Counted from the whole stretch's first letter, positions 22,601 through 33,905 are shown. The stretch is 60,466 bases of DNA, filler included, from 7 parts of 7 records of this genome joined end to end with filler, not necessarily neighbours in it, one strand, 5' to 3'. Program-made: numbers and translations. Notes: a model not told the origin generated them from the letters alone.

Positions 22601-25600
22601 TGATTGAGTTCGGGGCTGCATTGCAGTTTGGAAAGTTCTTGGACATCACCAGCTATATTCCCGGACTGGAGCCCGGGTCTCCCCTTGCTCTGGGGGGTAG
22701 CCACATAATACGAAACGGAACCCTCATCCACGGTGAGGGTATTCTGTTTTTCACAGGGGCCAGTACAACCTACATGTACGGAACTGTTGCTCTGAGCAGC
22801 AACTACTCCAAGATTGAAGTGAACAATGCACTTGTTTACTTCACTGAGGCGATGAACCTCGTCAGCTGGGGTAACCAACTCTCCGTAAGTGGGACGGGCA
22901 AAGTTATTTGGGACGTGCCCAATGCCGTGTTTCCCTACCTTCTCGTGACGGATCGGGCCACGCTGGACGGAAATGCTGATATGGAGATCACACGTCAGTT
23001 CACCTGGTTTGGAGGAACGCTTGAGGGTCAGGGTTCCCTCGTTGTCAGTGGTCAACTTGTGCTTCCTCTGTGTCCGTGCCCGGAGCTTTGTCCGGGGGAA
23101 ACAGACAAGATATGCCCGGAGGACTGCCCGGAGATCGAAGGGTGCCCTGTACCTCCAAGCACGTGTCCCACACCAACAAGCAGTTATGTGTTGGATACGT
23201 TCCGCTGTACGGAGAGCCATGATCGGCATCTGCGACGCAGGCTGGTGCACACCTACCAGGGCATCAGTGATTACAGTTCGTTTATTGGTGGCGGGGCGAT
23301 CGAGTGTGACGAGAATGGGATGCTGGATAATCGCGGTGTCCTGGTTCTTATTGATCCTATTGGATTCACTGTAGACGGTTCCAGCCCCACAAGTCGACTC
23401 CTGAACGCTCCGGAACAACAAGGTCTTCTGCGCAACGCACCGGAAGGGACCTTTGGTGTGTTTCTGCAGGAGGAAGGTGCCGAGGCCGAGGTGGAGTGGC
23501 GCATTGAGAATGAGGGAGAATTCAACCTCTACTTCGGCACTCTGCATCCCGACCCTGGTGGGTTCCATCAGACGAACGGCACCCTCTATGTCGTGGGTGG
23601 AACCATTCGCCTTCACACACAAGAGGACTTCCACAGTTCTTCGTTCATCAATATTGGGGGCGGCACGATGGAAGGGTTCGGCCAAGTGAAAGCCAGTGTC
23701 CGGGTGTTTGGGGGCGGCGTCTTCAGCCCGGGCAATCCACCCACCGAGTCCATCCATTGCAGTTATGTCGATCCGGTCACTCTTGAGGATACCGCCGGGA
23801 AAATAGCCTGCCTCAACGACTATCTTCTGCCCTACATGATGCAGATTGAGGGACATCTTCTCGTGGAGGAAGATGGATATGTATTTGTGGAAGTCAAGGG
23901 CTACACTCCCGTGACCCAATACGATGTCGTATACGTCAAATACTATGCATGGCTCTTCGGAACGCTCCGTGTGAATTCAACTCTTCAGGTCGATATAGAC
24001 AGTCTAGCACCCGACTACAACAGTCTTGTGTCTGATCTGCAATTAGTCCATCCCGCACGGTATCGGTACCAGTGGTTACATGCGGGGAGTTACAGTATGG
24101 ATTGGAAACGATTCGTTGGTGGTGTACAATCGAACTTCTTGTACGAAGAGAGCATGAAGGTTCCGTTTACCGAATTCAACATGGTCAATCAACGAGTTCG
24201 TGCTTTCGATGCATGGACGCCCTGGGAAGGTGCCAAACTGATGGATATTGGTAGATATCCACCGGAGGGATATCTGCTGAAGGATTTCTTCGGAGCAACC
24301 GACATGATGGTGCTCACATACGACACGTGCCTCAGTTACAACCCAGAACCCATACCTCATAACTGGCACGGGGAGAATGCACCCATCTATCCCTTCTTTG
24401 CTCAGTGTTCGGGATTTGGTTACTGCGAACCACCCCTCTACAGTGTAGTCGACTATCCCTATCGGATTGGCACGTGCAACTGTGTCTCAGGCCATTCTGG
24501 TGCTGGTTGCAACGCAAATTGTCCCACCAATGACACGGATACATGGACTCTTCCGTGTTCCGGTGCCGGTGCATGTGCTCGCCCCAGTGTGGACCAACAA
24601 GATTTCGCCGAGTGCCATGCGATGGAAACGATGGTCGATGAGGACTTCTTCACTGCATTCGGTGATGTGAGCACAAAGTTTGCCTATATGCAACCCCTCT
24701 CGGACTCTGATCTCTCCATTCTACGACCAATGCCATGGGTGCGTCTGGAGTTTGAGCGCGACGGAGATCGAGTGAAGAATCGGGGTGCCCCGGAGGTCTA
24801 TGCGCGATTATTCGGCCTGGATGAGGAGAATGACATTGGAAAGATCAAATCCGACAATGCTCAGTATTCTAGTGCTGGAGGACGATGTGGACGGTCAGCA
24901 CTCTTCCTGGGAGACGTGGGCTACTTCGACCTGGACTACAAAACAGTTCCACCCCAGAATGCAACTGCTTGTTGCTCCTTAAGCAGTGGGGACCCTATGT
25001 TCATAACACTGGACCAGGAATCTGCTATAACCGGTTGGTACACGTATGAGGAGTGCACTGAGGTGGAAGGATGCTATCCCATTCCCGAAGAATACTACGA
25101 CCTTCTTTGTGTACCCAATGGCTACGGTCGGTGTCCCGTGCGAGCCGATTTCGGGGCTTGGAAAGACCTAGGCCACGGTAAGGAGTATACATTTGCATTT
25201 TGGTTGCAGTGGCCCTTGGCAAACAAGACGAAGAGGCGGCTGTTTGAAACAACACATGGTTCTGTTTACTTTGAGAATGATCAAATGAACTACGAGCTGA
25301 CTGAGGACCGATGGACGTTCTGTTCGGCGAATTATGGTGATCATTGCAACTCGGACCAAAATATGGAGTATGGGCCCTTGGGGCCGTGCTCTGGTGTGTG
25401 TACCGACTCGTATGTTTCTCATCCGCCGTGTTGTAAGCATAGTCGTCTGTGCGACCACACCGTCGAACCATGCGACTCTTGTACGTGTGGCGAATGTTGC
25501 ACGGCATACACCAGCGCCCGAGATGCGATTCCGTATGATGAACAACCACCTGCCGGGTGTGGAGGTTGTTGTGGAGATACCAGTGCAACGTGTGCGCAGT

Positions 25601-28600
25601 GTCGCCGTGGGATCTATGAAGGGCCTGATCTGTCCGTGCTGAATGATCAACCGGGGTGGCATCACCTCGCCCTTGTGAGTGTGGACGAACCGTGCCCACT
25701 GCCCCCCAAACTGAACTGTGGCCGGACGCTCTTCTATCTGGACGGGCAGCGTATTCACACATCGGAACTGTGTGGTCGACTTTCTGGGGACTGGACAAAA
25801 CTGATGACCGAGCTGGGTACAGCAATTGACGATTTGCAGTTCTATGATATGGCTCTGACGGAGCATCAGGTATACTATCTCGCAAGTTCAGAGAATCCGT
25901 TGGTATCACTCTACGGACCCAGCACCATGGCTGTTGAGGCACTGGGACTTCCCGCTGGAAACGACGACATTGAGATGAAACCCTCTACGTGTCTCTGTGC
26001 TTCCGGATATAGTGGGGATGATTGCAGTGCACACAACTCTCCGGGAGCGGTGCTCCACTGGGTGACCCCGGGTGGCGGCTACTGGGGCGATCCCGTTAAC
26101 TGGGATTTGGGATACGTCCCTCGGGAGCACGATACGGCTATTATCGAATCCCTTTTCCCGAATGCTCGGATCTACATACGCATAAATGCGGCAGTCGTAG
26201 GCAGCATCACTCTAAAACAGGGCTTCTTGGACCTTGCTGGACACACCTTGACGGTATACCGTGATCTTGTATTAGATGGACTCCGAGCAACCCTGACATC
26301 CCAAAGGGACCATTTCTACTACTCACCGAATCTCTCCAGCTCAGTGCATGTCTACGGGGACTTTGTGTGGCGCGATGGCGTTCTCTCAGGACCGGGAGCC
26401 CTCTATGCACACGGTAATGTTCGCATCGAAGGTCCCGAACCCAAGTACCTCGTTGGTCATTCCTTAATTACTACCTCCACAAGCAATGGAACATGGTCCG
26501 CGGGCCAGATTCATCTCGTAGACCAGGCGTCCCTTCGCAACGAGGGGTCCTTTACGATTCAAGTGACAGGAACCTCATTGATTGGCGACGGCAACGATCA
26601 CCAACCGACAACGCTTCACAATACGGGACATCTCACATTCGAGAAACCGTTCGTTCTGGTGAACCACCATGTCTTCACGAATGAGGGTACCCTAACTCTG
26701 GCAGGAGAGGCCACTGATGTCGATTTCTACGGTCCAGCCCAGTTCACGGGCGGTGAGCTGACGGGAGACGGACGAGCACGCATCCATAATACGGCTGAGT
26801 TTGGTACTGAGAGCACAGTCAGCTGCCGTATCTATATATCAGACGGAGAGACACAGACCAGTGGCCAATGGACAGGCGGGTCCCTCGCCGTGAATGGTGG
26901 GGCTGTGTACTTCCACAGGCCGTCATCTTCCGTGTATATTCTATCCCTTGAGCTACAGAGCGGTTTGTTGGATTTGGGCCCTGTGGAGGCCACTGTGGCC
27001 AGTGCCGTCCAGTCGAGTGGAACGTTCCGCAGTAGTGGCCCGATGACCGTCGATGGAACCTACTCTTGGACAGGGGGTGTGATCACAGGTGTCGGAACGA
27101 TCTTTGTTGATGGAGAGTTTCGTGTGAGCGGTGCAGTTGAACCAAAGCTAATGTATGAACGCCATGTAGTGAATCGTCACCTTGTAACATGGCTGGAAAG
27201 CACGTGGAACGTGTTCAACCGAACCCTCCTCCTGAATGCCCCAGGAGCAGAGTTCCGTATGAGTGGTAATGTGAATATGCGTCACAATCCACTCCCAGGA
27301 TCATCTTACGGTACACCGGATGTTGACTTCAAGCTGCCAGGACCGAAGATCCTTAATGCAGGAGAAATGGTAGTGGAAACAGGACAGGCCCTGTTTGCCG
27401 GCTGTCGTGTATACAACTTGGGCGTGTTCCGTGTACGCACGGGGGCACATGCTGAATTCGATCGCGAGGGCCTCGAAGTGTTTGGAGACCAATTCTCGAC
27501 AGTATCACATCTTTTGTCGCAGCACTACGGGTACAATTTTGGGCCTTACGTGGACACAGTACAACACAATGTCACGGTATCGTGCGGGAACGAGACGTGC
27601 ATCGAAACCATTACGGAAGAGATTCTGGTCCCGCCGTCCCACGGCCTTGTGGGAGAGCTGAACATTGAAGGTGGAGCCACCGCCACACTGCGGGAGGGCC
27701 ATCACTTCCTGCGGGAGGGAAGCCGCACCGTTGTTGCGGGGCTGCTCTCGTTCCGTGGAACTGTTGACATCGACGGCACACTGGACCAGGGACCCTCGGG
27801 CGAAGTTGTACTTGAAGATGCGGCCCATGTCGGGTTATTCCATGTCAGTTCTACCACCCGGGATGTGCGTGTTGCGGGTGGTGAACTGCACATTCAGGCA
27901 CCAGACGGCGTTCTCGGTTCCCTACATGTGCTGGGACGCGGTGCCGTGTATATGCCGTGGACGGACCTGGCCGTCGACAACCTTTTGGTTGAGGAGAATG
28001 GTGTTCTGTCTGGAGAAGGACCACTTAGCGTCGGACTTCTTACTTTGAAGGACGCAGGTGATGTCCTTGGTTCTGGTTTGTTACAGGTAAGTGATGTTCT
28101 GCAAACGGGAGGATCCTTTGCGAGGTTGTCTGGAGTGACACTAGCGGGAATGTGGTCGTGGAGTGGTGGTGCCATTGTTGGTGCCGGTGTCCCATTAATC
28201 GTCGCCGAGCCGGGTATCCTCGATATCAACCCTTGCGCCGACAGCAATACTGTATGGCGATGTTCCCCTCTCACAGGTCCACTTCTCTTACAGGAGGGCT
28301 TTAACTCGAGCAGTGTTGCCGATCTCTCCGCCCCGTGTCCGGATGACGAATTTCATGTTGGCCAGTTCACGGCCAACTCGTATCAAGACGTAGTACCAAC
28401 TGTGGATCTCAGTACGACGGACTATACGATCACCGCTTGGTTCCATATTTCCTCCAACTCCCATGCGGATCGAACTCTTGTGTCGGCTTTACCTGCTGAT
28501 GACATTGTGACGATTCGCTGGCATCCCCGAAGTTATCCAGATGATGGTATTTACATTGCAGATGTCGGAACAGCTATTGGCGGTGCCTTCCAGGGCACAG

Positions 28601-28997
28601 GAGTCGACATCAATGGCCTTGCCGAGGGTTGGCACTTTTTGGTTGCCATTGGACGGAAAACGGACTTCCGCTCCACTTCTGTGTTGCGGACAGTGCTCTA
28701 TCTTGATGGAACTCCACTTGGAGAAACGGAACAGAAGGCAACCGCCTTGTCTCGAATCGGTAATTCCATTGATGGTTCTCGTCCGTGGGGTCTGGTGGAT
28801 GAACTCCACATTTACGGGCGTGTGCTTACATACCAAGAAATTCTCTTGTTGGCTTCCCAACGTAGCGGACTGCATGCTCGTACCCTTTTGAACCATGGAA
28901 CTGTACAATGGCGAGGTGACTCGGTGAATTTGTGGGGCCGACCTACACTTCACGTCAGTGAGAATGCCACCCTCAATCTCGAGGCGAGCGAGGGATC
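7624..28997 (+). CDS. Giant (>7,000 aa) spliced eukaryotic secreted/surface beta-solenoid repeat protein with PA14, LamG and EGF modules; partial at both ends. Exons 7624-9226, 9304-9678, 9748-10066, 10122-28997
   Basis: Three GT..AG introns join four track ORFs in frame (21,173 coding nt). It contains about 20 W.GG.l.G.G..N.G.i.W..N.G...K repeats, a PA14 domain (~18076-18655), LamG-like domains (~25186-25870, ~28390-28860) and EGF-like Cys motifs (~24406-24575, ~25990-26025). Confidence 0.88.
9227..9303 (+). other. Spliceosomal intron (77 nt)
   Basis: GAAG|GTACAT...TGTCAG|GT; contains an in-frame stop, and removal gives FAEG-TEILFTGG in frame. Confidence 0.9.
9679..9747 (+). other. Spliceosomal intron (69 nt)
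   Basis: GCGG|GTACGT...pyrimidine-rich..CTCTAG|GT; removes a TAA and gives VAG-DLHVYDG. Confidence 0.9.
10067..10121 (+). other. Spliceosomal intron (55 nt)
   Basis: GAGGG|GTGCGT...ATCCAG|A; restores the repeat motif IRNEG-TFIIR and switches into the 6315-aa frame. Confidence 0.9.
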
Positions 28998-29097
28998 NNN
29001 NNNNNNNNNNNNNNNNNNNNNNNNNNNNNNNNNNNNNNNNNTTAATTAATTAANNNNNNNNNNNNNNNNNNNNNNNNNNNNNNNNNNNNNNNNNNNN
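28998..29097. other. Artificial contig spacer
   Basis: N44-TTAATTAATTAA-N44. Confidence 0.99.
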
Positions 29098-29381
29098 AAT
29101 ATACACCAAACACCCTGACAACCAGCGAATCTTTTCAGGCTGCCTTGAGAAAAACCCGTCAGACAGGTTATGCCTTCGACAACGAAGAGTGTGAACTGGG
29201 AGTAAAATGTATAGCCTTTCCAGTCCGCAATTTTACCGGTAAAGTTGTTGCCTCCATCAGTGTTTCCGCCCCTGTATCACGTATGGGAGCAGAACGGGAA
29301 ACTCAGATTATTGATGTAATGTCCCGCATTACTGACGAAGCTTCCCAAGAGCTGGGTTATGTCCCGCCGACAGCTACCTAA
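29098..29381 (+). CDS. IclR-family regulator, C-terminal fragment
   Basis: GYAFDNEECELGVKCIAFPV..ASISVSAP is the IclR effector-domain signature. Confidence 0.9.
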
Positions 29382-29451
29382 TACCCTGTCAAAATCAACC
29401 ATTTGACTTATCTTGCTCCTCGATACGATATTCTTATAAGAGGAGTAACTT

Positions 29452-29826
29452 ATGTCTAAAGTAGTGCATTTTGACCTGGCCGCAGTTGATCCTGAGCGTG
29501 CCATCGCTTTTTACTCAACAGTATTTGGATGGAAATTCGACAAATGGGATGGTCCCATGGATTACTGGCTGATAACCGCAGGACCGGAAGAAGAACATGG
29601 TATCGGCGGAGGTTTGTTCAGGATAAGAAAAAACCCTGAAGAACTATCAAGTAATTTAACAATTGGCGTCGATGATGTGGATGCCAAAGTTAACGATGTC
29701 GTTTTCCAGGGCGGATCCATCTATCGTGAAAAATCGGCCATTCCGGGTATCGGATGGCTTGTCTATATCTATGATACCGAAGGTAATATTCTCGGACTCA
29801 TGCAGAACGATCCTAAAGCGCGTTAA
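29452..29826 (+). CDS. VOC/glyoxalase-family protein
   Basis: VVHFDL..FYSTVFGW..GIGGG..DTEGNILGL; RBS GAGGAG upstream. Confidence 0.92.
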   Translation: MSKVVHFDLAAVDPERAIAFYSTVFGWKFDKWDGPMDYWLITAGPEEEHGIGGGLFRIRKNPEELSSNLTIGVDDVDAKVNDVVFQGGSIYREKSAIPGIGWLVYIYDTEGNILGLMQNDPKAR

Positions 29827-29902
29827 TTCAAGCTGCTAACAGCCGCTGTCATGAATATCTAACTTAACTCTTTTCGTTCCAGACTTTTTAGCATATTTTT
29901 GA

Positions 29903-30868
29903 TTATTGCCCAGTTAACGAACTGTCAAAGTCGAATAATTTCGTAATAGTTTTTATAACACTTTCCGGGATTTTGGGCGCGTTCAACGCGTTGATATTGC
30001 TGCTGACATGGTGCGGATTACCGGTGCCGAACAGTACGACGTGTACCGCTTCCTGGTCCCGGCAGAACTGATATGCCAGATCGGGAAATTTCAGGTTTGG
30101 ATATTTCGCAAGCAGTCCCCCAATGATTGTGATAATCTCTTCGGCACTTGTACTGCTTTCCTGAAGTTCCTGATTGTGTTCTTTAAGATAGGTCGATAGA
30201 TATTCCATGGAAACCAGAGCTTTGCGGGTGGCAAACATATTCATTATCACGGTATCTTTGCTTTGAGCTTCGGGAAAGATGGTTTTGGCAGCGTTCTGAT
30301 TCAGGATATTGTATCCCACCATCAGCACCTCCCACTCCGCATCGAGAACAGCCCTGGAAAGTGTTTCATGGTATGGGTCCGTACTGAATCCTTCAGTAAT
30401 CCCGATGCTGCGGATTTTCCCCTCATCTTTCAATTTCATCAGTTCCGGTAGAACCTGCTCTCTTGCTATGTCGTAGTCTTTGGCGTGACAGGCATGCAGA
30501 TAATAGATGTCCAGGTAATCGGTTTTCAGTGTTTTTAATGACTGCTCGCAGGATTTCCTGATCTCCTGACTTGATTTTATACCGACAATCTCTCCATTGG
30601 GGTCTTTGCGTTCATAGGTCAGTTTTGAGCACAGTGTGAAAGAGTTGCGGGGGTAGCTGTTTAGTGCTTCCCCGAAATATTGCTCGGTTCCGTATACTTC
30701 GGCCGTATCGAAACAGCGGATACCTTCTTCATACGCGAGCCGTACTATATCCTGTGCGTTCTCTCCACCGCTGGTTTTTCCCAGTTTACTGAAGCCCCCG
30801 CCACCCAGACCTGCTCTTGTTGTTTGTATGCCGGTTCGGCCTAATGTAATAGTATCCAGATTCTGCAT
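29903..30868 (-). CDS. Aldo/keto reductase
   Basis: LGRTG..FDTAEVYG..SL..LKTDYLDIYYLH..GKIRSIG; likely ATG at 30868 preceded by GGAG. Confidence 0.92.
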   Translation of the reverse strand: MQNLDTITLGRTGIQTTRAGLGGGGFSKLGKTSGGENAQDIVRLAYEEGIRCFDTAEVYGTEQYFGEALNSYPRNSFTLCSKLTYERKDPNGEIVGIKSSQEIRKSCEQSLKTLKTDYLDIYYLHACHAKDYDIAREQVLPELMKLKDEGKIRSIGITEGFSTDPYHETLSRAVLDAEWEVLMVGYNILNQNAAKTIFPEAQSKDTVIMNMFATRKALVSMEYLSTYLKEHNQELQESSTSAEEIITIIGGLLAKYPNLKFPDLAYQFCRDQEAVHVVLFGTGNPHHVSSNINALNAPKIPESVIKTITKLFDFDSSLTGQ

Positions 30869-31032
30869 GGTGAACTCCAATGTGGATTGCAGCCTGTAAT
30901 ATTTTTGGGCGTACTACTGGCTATTTTTGTTTCTATTATTGAAATTCAATTGTAATATGTGAACTGTTGTCGTGTCAATCTTGGTTTCTACCCCCTGGTT
31001 TCGCCCCAAGAATCTATGAGTTCGTGAAACCA

Positions 31033-31407
31033 TCAACCTTCATACAGCTTTTTGACTGCAGCGATGATATCGTCCAGCGACAGCCCCATCTCACGATAGT
31101 AGGCAAGATCCTTTGCCATCCGAATAGTTACCAGATCTTCCCTTTTGGACAACCTGTCTCCTTGCGTAAGTTCGGCCACAAAACAGCCCCTGCCAACAAC
31201 AGTGTAGATAAATCCTTCCCGCTCCAGCTGCTCCCAGGCCTTTTTCACGGTGATGATGCTGACCCGCAGTTCTTTTGCCACAGTACGGATAGGCGGCAAC
31301 CCTTGACTGCTGGCAAGTTCCCCCTTCACTATTTGGGCACTCACCTGGTCAAACAGTTGCTGGTAAATGGGCTTATCCGATGTGTTCGAAATTACTATCT
31401 GGAGCAT
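31033..31407 (-). CDS. GntR-family (YtrA subfamily) regulator
   Basis: PIYQQL..LPPIR..A..L.VSIITVKKA...LE..G.I....GRGCFV with a short C-terminus. Confidence 0.93.
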   Translation of the reverse strand: MLQIVISNTSDKPIYQQLFDQVSAQIVKGELASSQGLPPIRTVAKELRVSIITVKKAWEQLEREGFIYTVVGRGCFVAELTQGDRLSKREDLVTIRMAKDLAYYREMGLSLDDIIAAVKKLYEG

Positions 31408-31442
31408 CTTTCTATACTTCTACCTCTATCCGGATCGACATG

Positions 31443-32081
31443 TTACATATCCACTTTATCAAAAAGCCTGACTGATATCTTGTAGGCCACGATTGCGATA
31501 CCGATAAATATCAGGATGCCGGCAAAGAGCACAAATTTCTGAAATCCGACCATCTGCTCCATATATTTGTTGAAGACAGGACTGAACATAGACAACACTT
31601 CCATACCAATCCCGAAAGCAACCGCAACGACAACCGCCAGTATAGACGGCAATCCCATCTTATACCCCGAAGTGTAGTAAATTGGCAAGAATACTATATT
31701 ATACAAACCGTACATGACAAATATCAGGCCGAAGAAGGCGGCATTCGGATCGAACGCGAAATTCCCCGGTTTATACAACGCTTTATTGGCCAGCGAGAAC
31801 AGGAAGATAATCAGTATCTGAGCGACCTCCAGTGTAACCAGAGAGATAACCCGGGCCTTCACTATGTCACTTTTTCTTACCGGCAGCATGGCTGAAAAAC
31901 TGAGGTCATTATTGGTTTTAAACATACTGAACATATTGGGGACAACCACCATGCACAGGTAGAGCGGAACCAGAAAAAAGAACCATTCCGGTATGAACAT
32001 CAAGGCTCCGAAAAAAACGATAAGTATATAAAAAAGCGGGTTAATCGCCATTCTGAATTCTTTATAGAGCAGGTTTTTCAT
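31443..32081 (-). CDS. ABC-2 type transporter permease
   Basis: About six hydrophobic segments; MKNLLYKEF start and LPVRKSDIVKAR motif. Confidence 0.88.
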   Translation of the reverse strand: MKNLLYKEFRMAINPLFYILIVFFGALMFIPEWFFFLVPLYLCMVVVPNMFSMFKTNNDLSFSAMLPVRKSDIVKARVISLVTLEVAQILIIFLFSLANKALYKPGNFAFDPNAAFFGLIFVMYGLYNIVFLPIYYTSGYKMGLPSILAVVVAVAFGIGMEVLSMFSPVFNKYMEQMVGFQKFVLFAGILIFIGIAIVAYKISVRLFDKVDM

Positions 32082-32083
32082 TT

Positions 32084-32932
32084 TCAGGCTCCTTTTTTCG
32101 CAAAATAGATCATAATTTCTTCCAACGTGGGAACTTCAACCGTTAAACCTTCCAACCCTTCTTTAGCATCTTTAGCAATAAGTCCCGAAAATCCAAAACG
32201 GTTCTTCTTAACTGCAATCATGTGTTCCCGCAGGCTGCCGGACAGTTGATCCTCCGTCCCCTTTACAACCCGATATGAGTCTATGAACTCATCCCGCGCC
32301 GCACTGTTTACAATCTCACCTTCGTGGATGAAGGTGATGTAGTCGGCACATTTTTCCAGATCGCTGGTTATGTGGGTGGAAAAGAGAATGCTTTTTTCTC
32401 CATCCTCAACCAGGGATTGGAACAGCTCCAGCAGATCGTCCCGGGCCGCGGGGTCCAGGCCGCTTGTCGGCTCATCCAGAATCAGCAGTTGAGCATCGTG
32501 TGACAGAGCCAGAGCCAGAGCATATTTAGTCTGCATACCCTGGGAGAGTTCACACACCTTCTTTTCCTGATCTAAATTGAAGAGCTTGCTGTATTTTTCG
32601 TAGAGGGCATCATCCCATTCCGTAAAGAACCGTTTATAGACATCGGTAATAACTCTTACTTTTGTTTTTGAGTAATAATCCACGTCACCCAGCATGAGTC
32701 CTATTTTCTGTTTCAGTTCGATTTCGTTGGGGTTGAACTCCTTACCGAGAATGGTTACCTCACCGCTGTCAGCGTGCACGAGATTGAGCATCGACTTCAG
32801 GGTTGTGGTTTTTCCCGCCCCGTTTATGCCGATGAATCCCATGATGTATCCTCTGTCCAGAGAAAAAGAGACGTTGTTCAGATGGAATTTCTCATAGCGC
32901 TTGCTGAGATTCTTTACCGTTAAAATCGACAT
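32084..32932 (-). CDS. ABC transporter ATP-binding protein (YtrB-like)
   Basis: Walker A GINGAGKT, signature LSQGM and Walker B LILDEPT; ATG at 32932 with GGAGG at 32942-32938. Confidence 0.95.
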   Translation of the reverse strand: MSILTVKNLSKRYEKFHLNNVSFSLDRGYIMGFIGINGAGKTTTLKSMLNLVHADSGEVTILGKEFNPNEIELKQKIGLMLGDVDYYSKTKVRVITDVYKRFFTEWDDALYEKYSKLFNLDQEKKVCELSQGMQTKYALALALSHDAQLLILDEPTSGLDPAARDDLLELFQSLVEDGEKSILFSTHITSDLEKCADYITFIHEGEIVNSAARDEFIDSYRVVKGTEDQLSGSLREHMIAVKKNRFGFSGLIAKDAKEGLEGLTVEVPTLEEIMIYFAKKGA

Positions 32933-32949
32933 ATACACCTCCATGTATA

Positions 32950-32974
32950 ATTGTGTATATTGAGCATACACAAT
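32950..32974. promoter_or_regulatory. Palindromic operator, probable binding site of the operon's GntR/YtrA regulator
   Basis: ATTGTGTAT-N7-ATACACAAT perfect 9-bp inverted repeat overlapping the -10/+1 region. Confidence 0.75.
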
Positions 32975-33000
32975 ATATTTCCATTACAGGGATTTGTCAA
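32972..33000 (-). promoter_or_regulatory. Sigma70-type promoter of the ABC-GntR operon
   Basis: TTGACA (33000-32995), 17-nt spacer, TATATT (32977-32972). Confidence 0.8.
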
Positions 33001-33123
33001 GGATTTTTTACGTAACTTTTCTTTTTTCTATTGAACACAAGAATATACTGCTTTTGTTTATTGCCAACTGCTCTTAGATAACCGATACTGAAACAACAGT
33101 TTCCTGATGAAGGTTGGTACATA

Positions 33124-33903
33124 ATGCGTTTTGAATTGGCACTAGCCCAAATTTCCCTGAAAGAGGGTGATAAAGCCCACAATATGCAGAAAGCCGAGAG
33201 AATAATTGCGAAAGCTTCAGAACACGGAAGCAGCCTTATCCTGCTGCCAGAGGCAATGGACCTGGGATGGACTAACCCCGCCAGTCTGACGGAATCGGAA
33301 CCTGTTCCCAACGGTATGCCGTACCGGCGAATCGCCAAGGCGGCACAAGATAATAATATCATAGTCTGCTGCGGGCTTACCGAAAAGAGCCCGGATGGCA
33401 ACGTCTACAATGCAGCAGTTCTGGTCGACAAGGACGGCACCCTGCTTATTCATCATCGCAAGATCAATGAACTGGAGATAGCGCGCCCCTACTATGCCGT
33501 TGGCGGAAACCTGCACGCAGTTGATACAGAATTGGGAAAAATAGGGTTGATGATCTGCGCCGATGCTTTTGTGGAAAACGAAGTCATCAGCCGGACCTTG
33601 GGATACATGGGAGCAAAGTTGATCCTTTCCCCCTGCTCCTGGGCGGTAAGAAGTTCACATGACAACTCGTATGATCCTTATGGTGATTTCTGGCGAAATG
33701 TATATATCCCTGTCGCAAAAAAATTCTCACTTACCATTGCCTCTGTCAGCAATGTCGGCTGGCTGTCTGAAGGACCCTGGGCCGGTAAAAAGTGTATCGG
33801 CAGTTCACTGGTTATCGGCCCGGATGGAGAGGATATCTATCAGGCACCGTATGGTCCTGAGGCAGAAGAGTTGTCATATATTACTAGTGAAACGGATCGA
33901 TAA
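33124..33903 (+). CDS. Carbon-nitrogen hydrolase (nitrilase superfamily)
   Basis: Glu-Lys-Cys triad motifs LPEA, HRKI and MICAD. Confidence 0.93.
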   Translation: MRFELALAQISLKEGDKAHNMQKAERIIAKASEHGSSLILLPEAMDLGWTNPASLTESEPVPNGMPYRRIAKAAQDNNIIVCCGLTEKSPDGNVYNAAVLVDKDGTLLIHHRKINELEIARPYYAVGGNLHAVDTELGKIGLMICADAFVENEVISRTLGYMGAKLILSPCSWAVRSSHDNSYDPYGDFWRNVYIPVAKKFSLTIASVSNVGWLSEGPWAGKKCIGSSLVIGPDGEDIYQAPYGPEAEELSYITSETDR

Positions 33904-33905
33904 TG

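Noticed and set aside
19237-25942. Long antisense ORFs (e.g. 22231-23919, 20065-20973), with similar cases opposite hppA, the OYE gene and fdh
   Set aside because: Shadow frames of strongly coding sequence with no recognisable motifs
7624-28997. The giant ORF as a frameshifted bacterial adhesin
   Set aside because: All three breaks have GT..AG ends and splice precisely in frame, and the protein carries EGF-type Cys motifs
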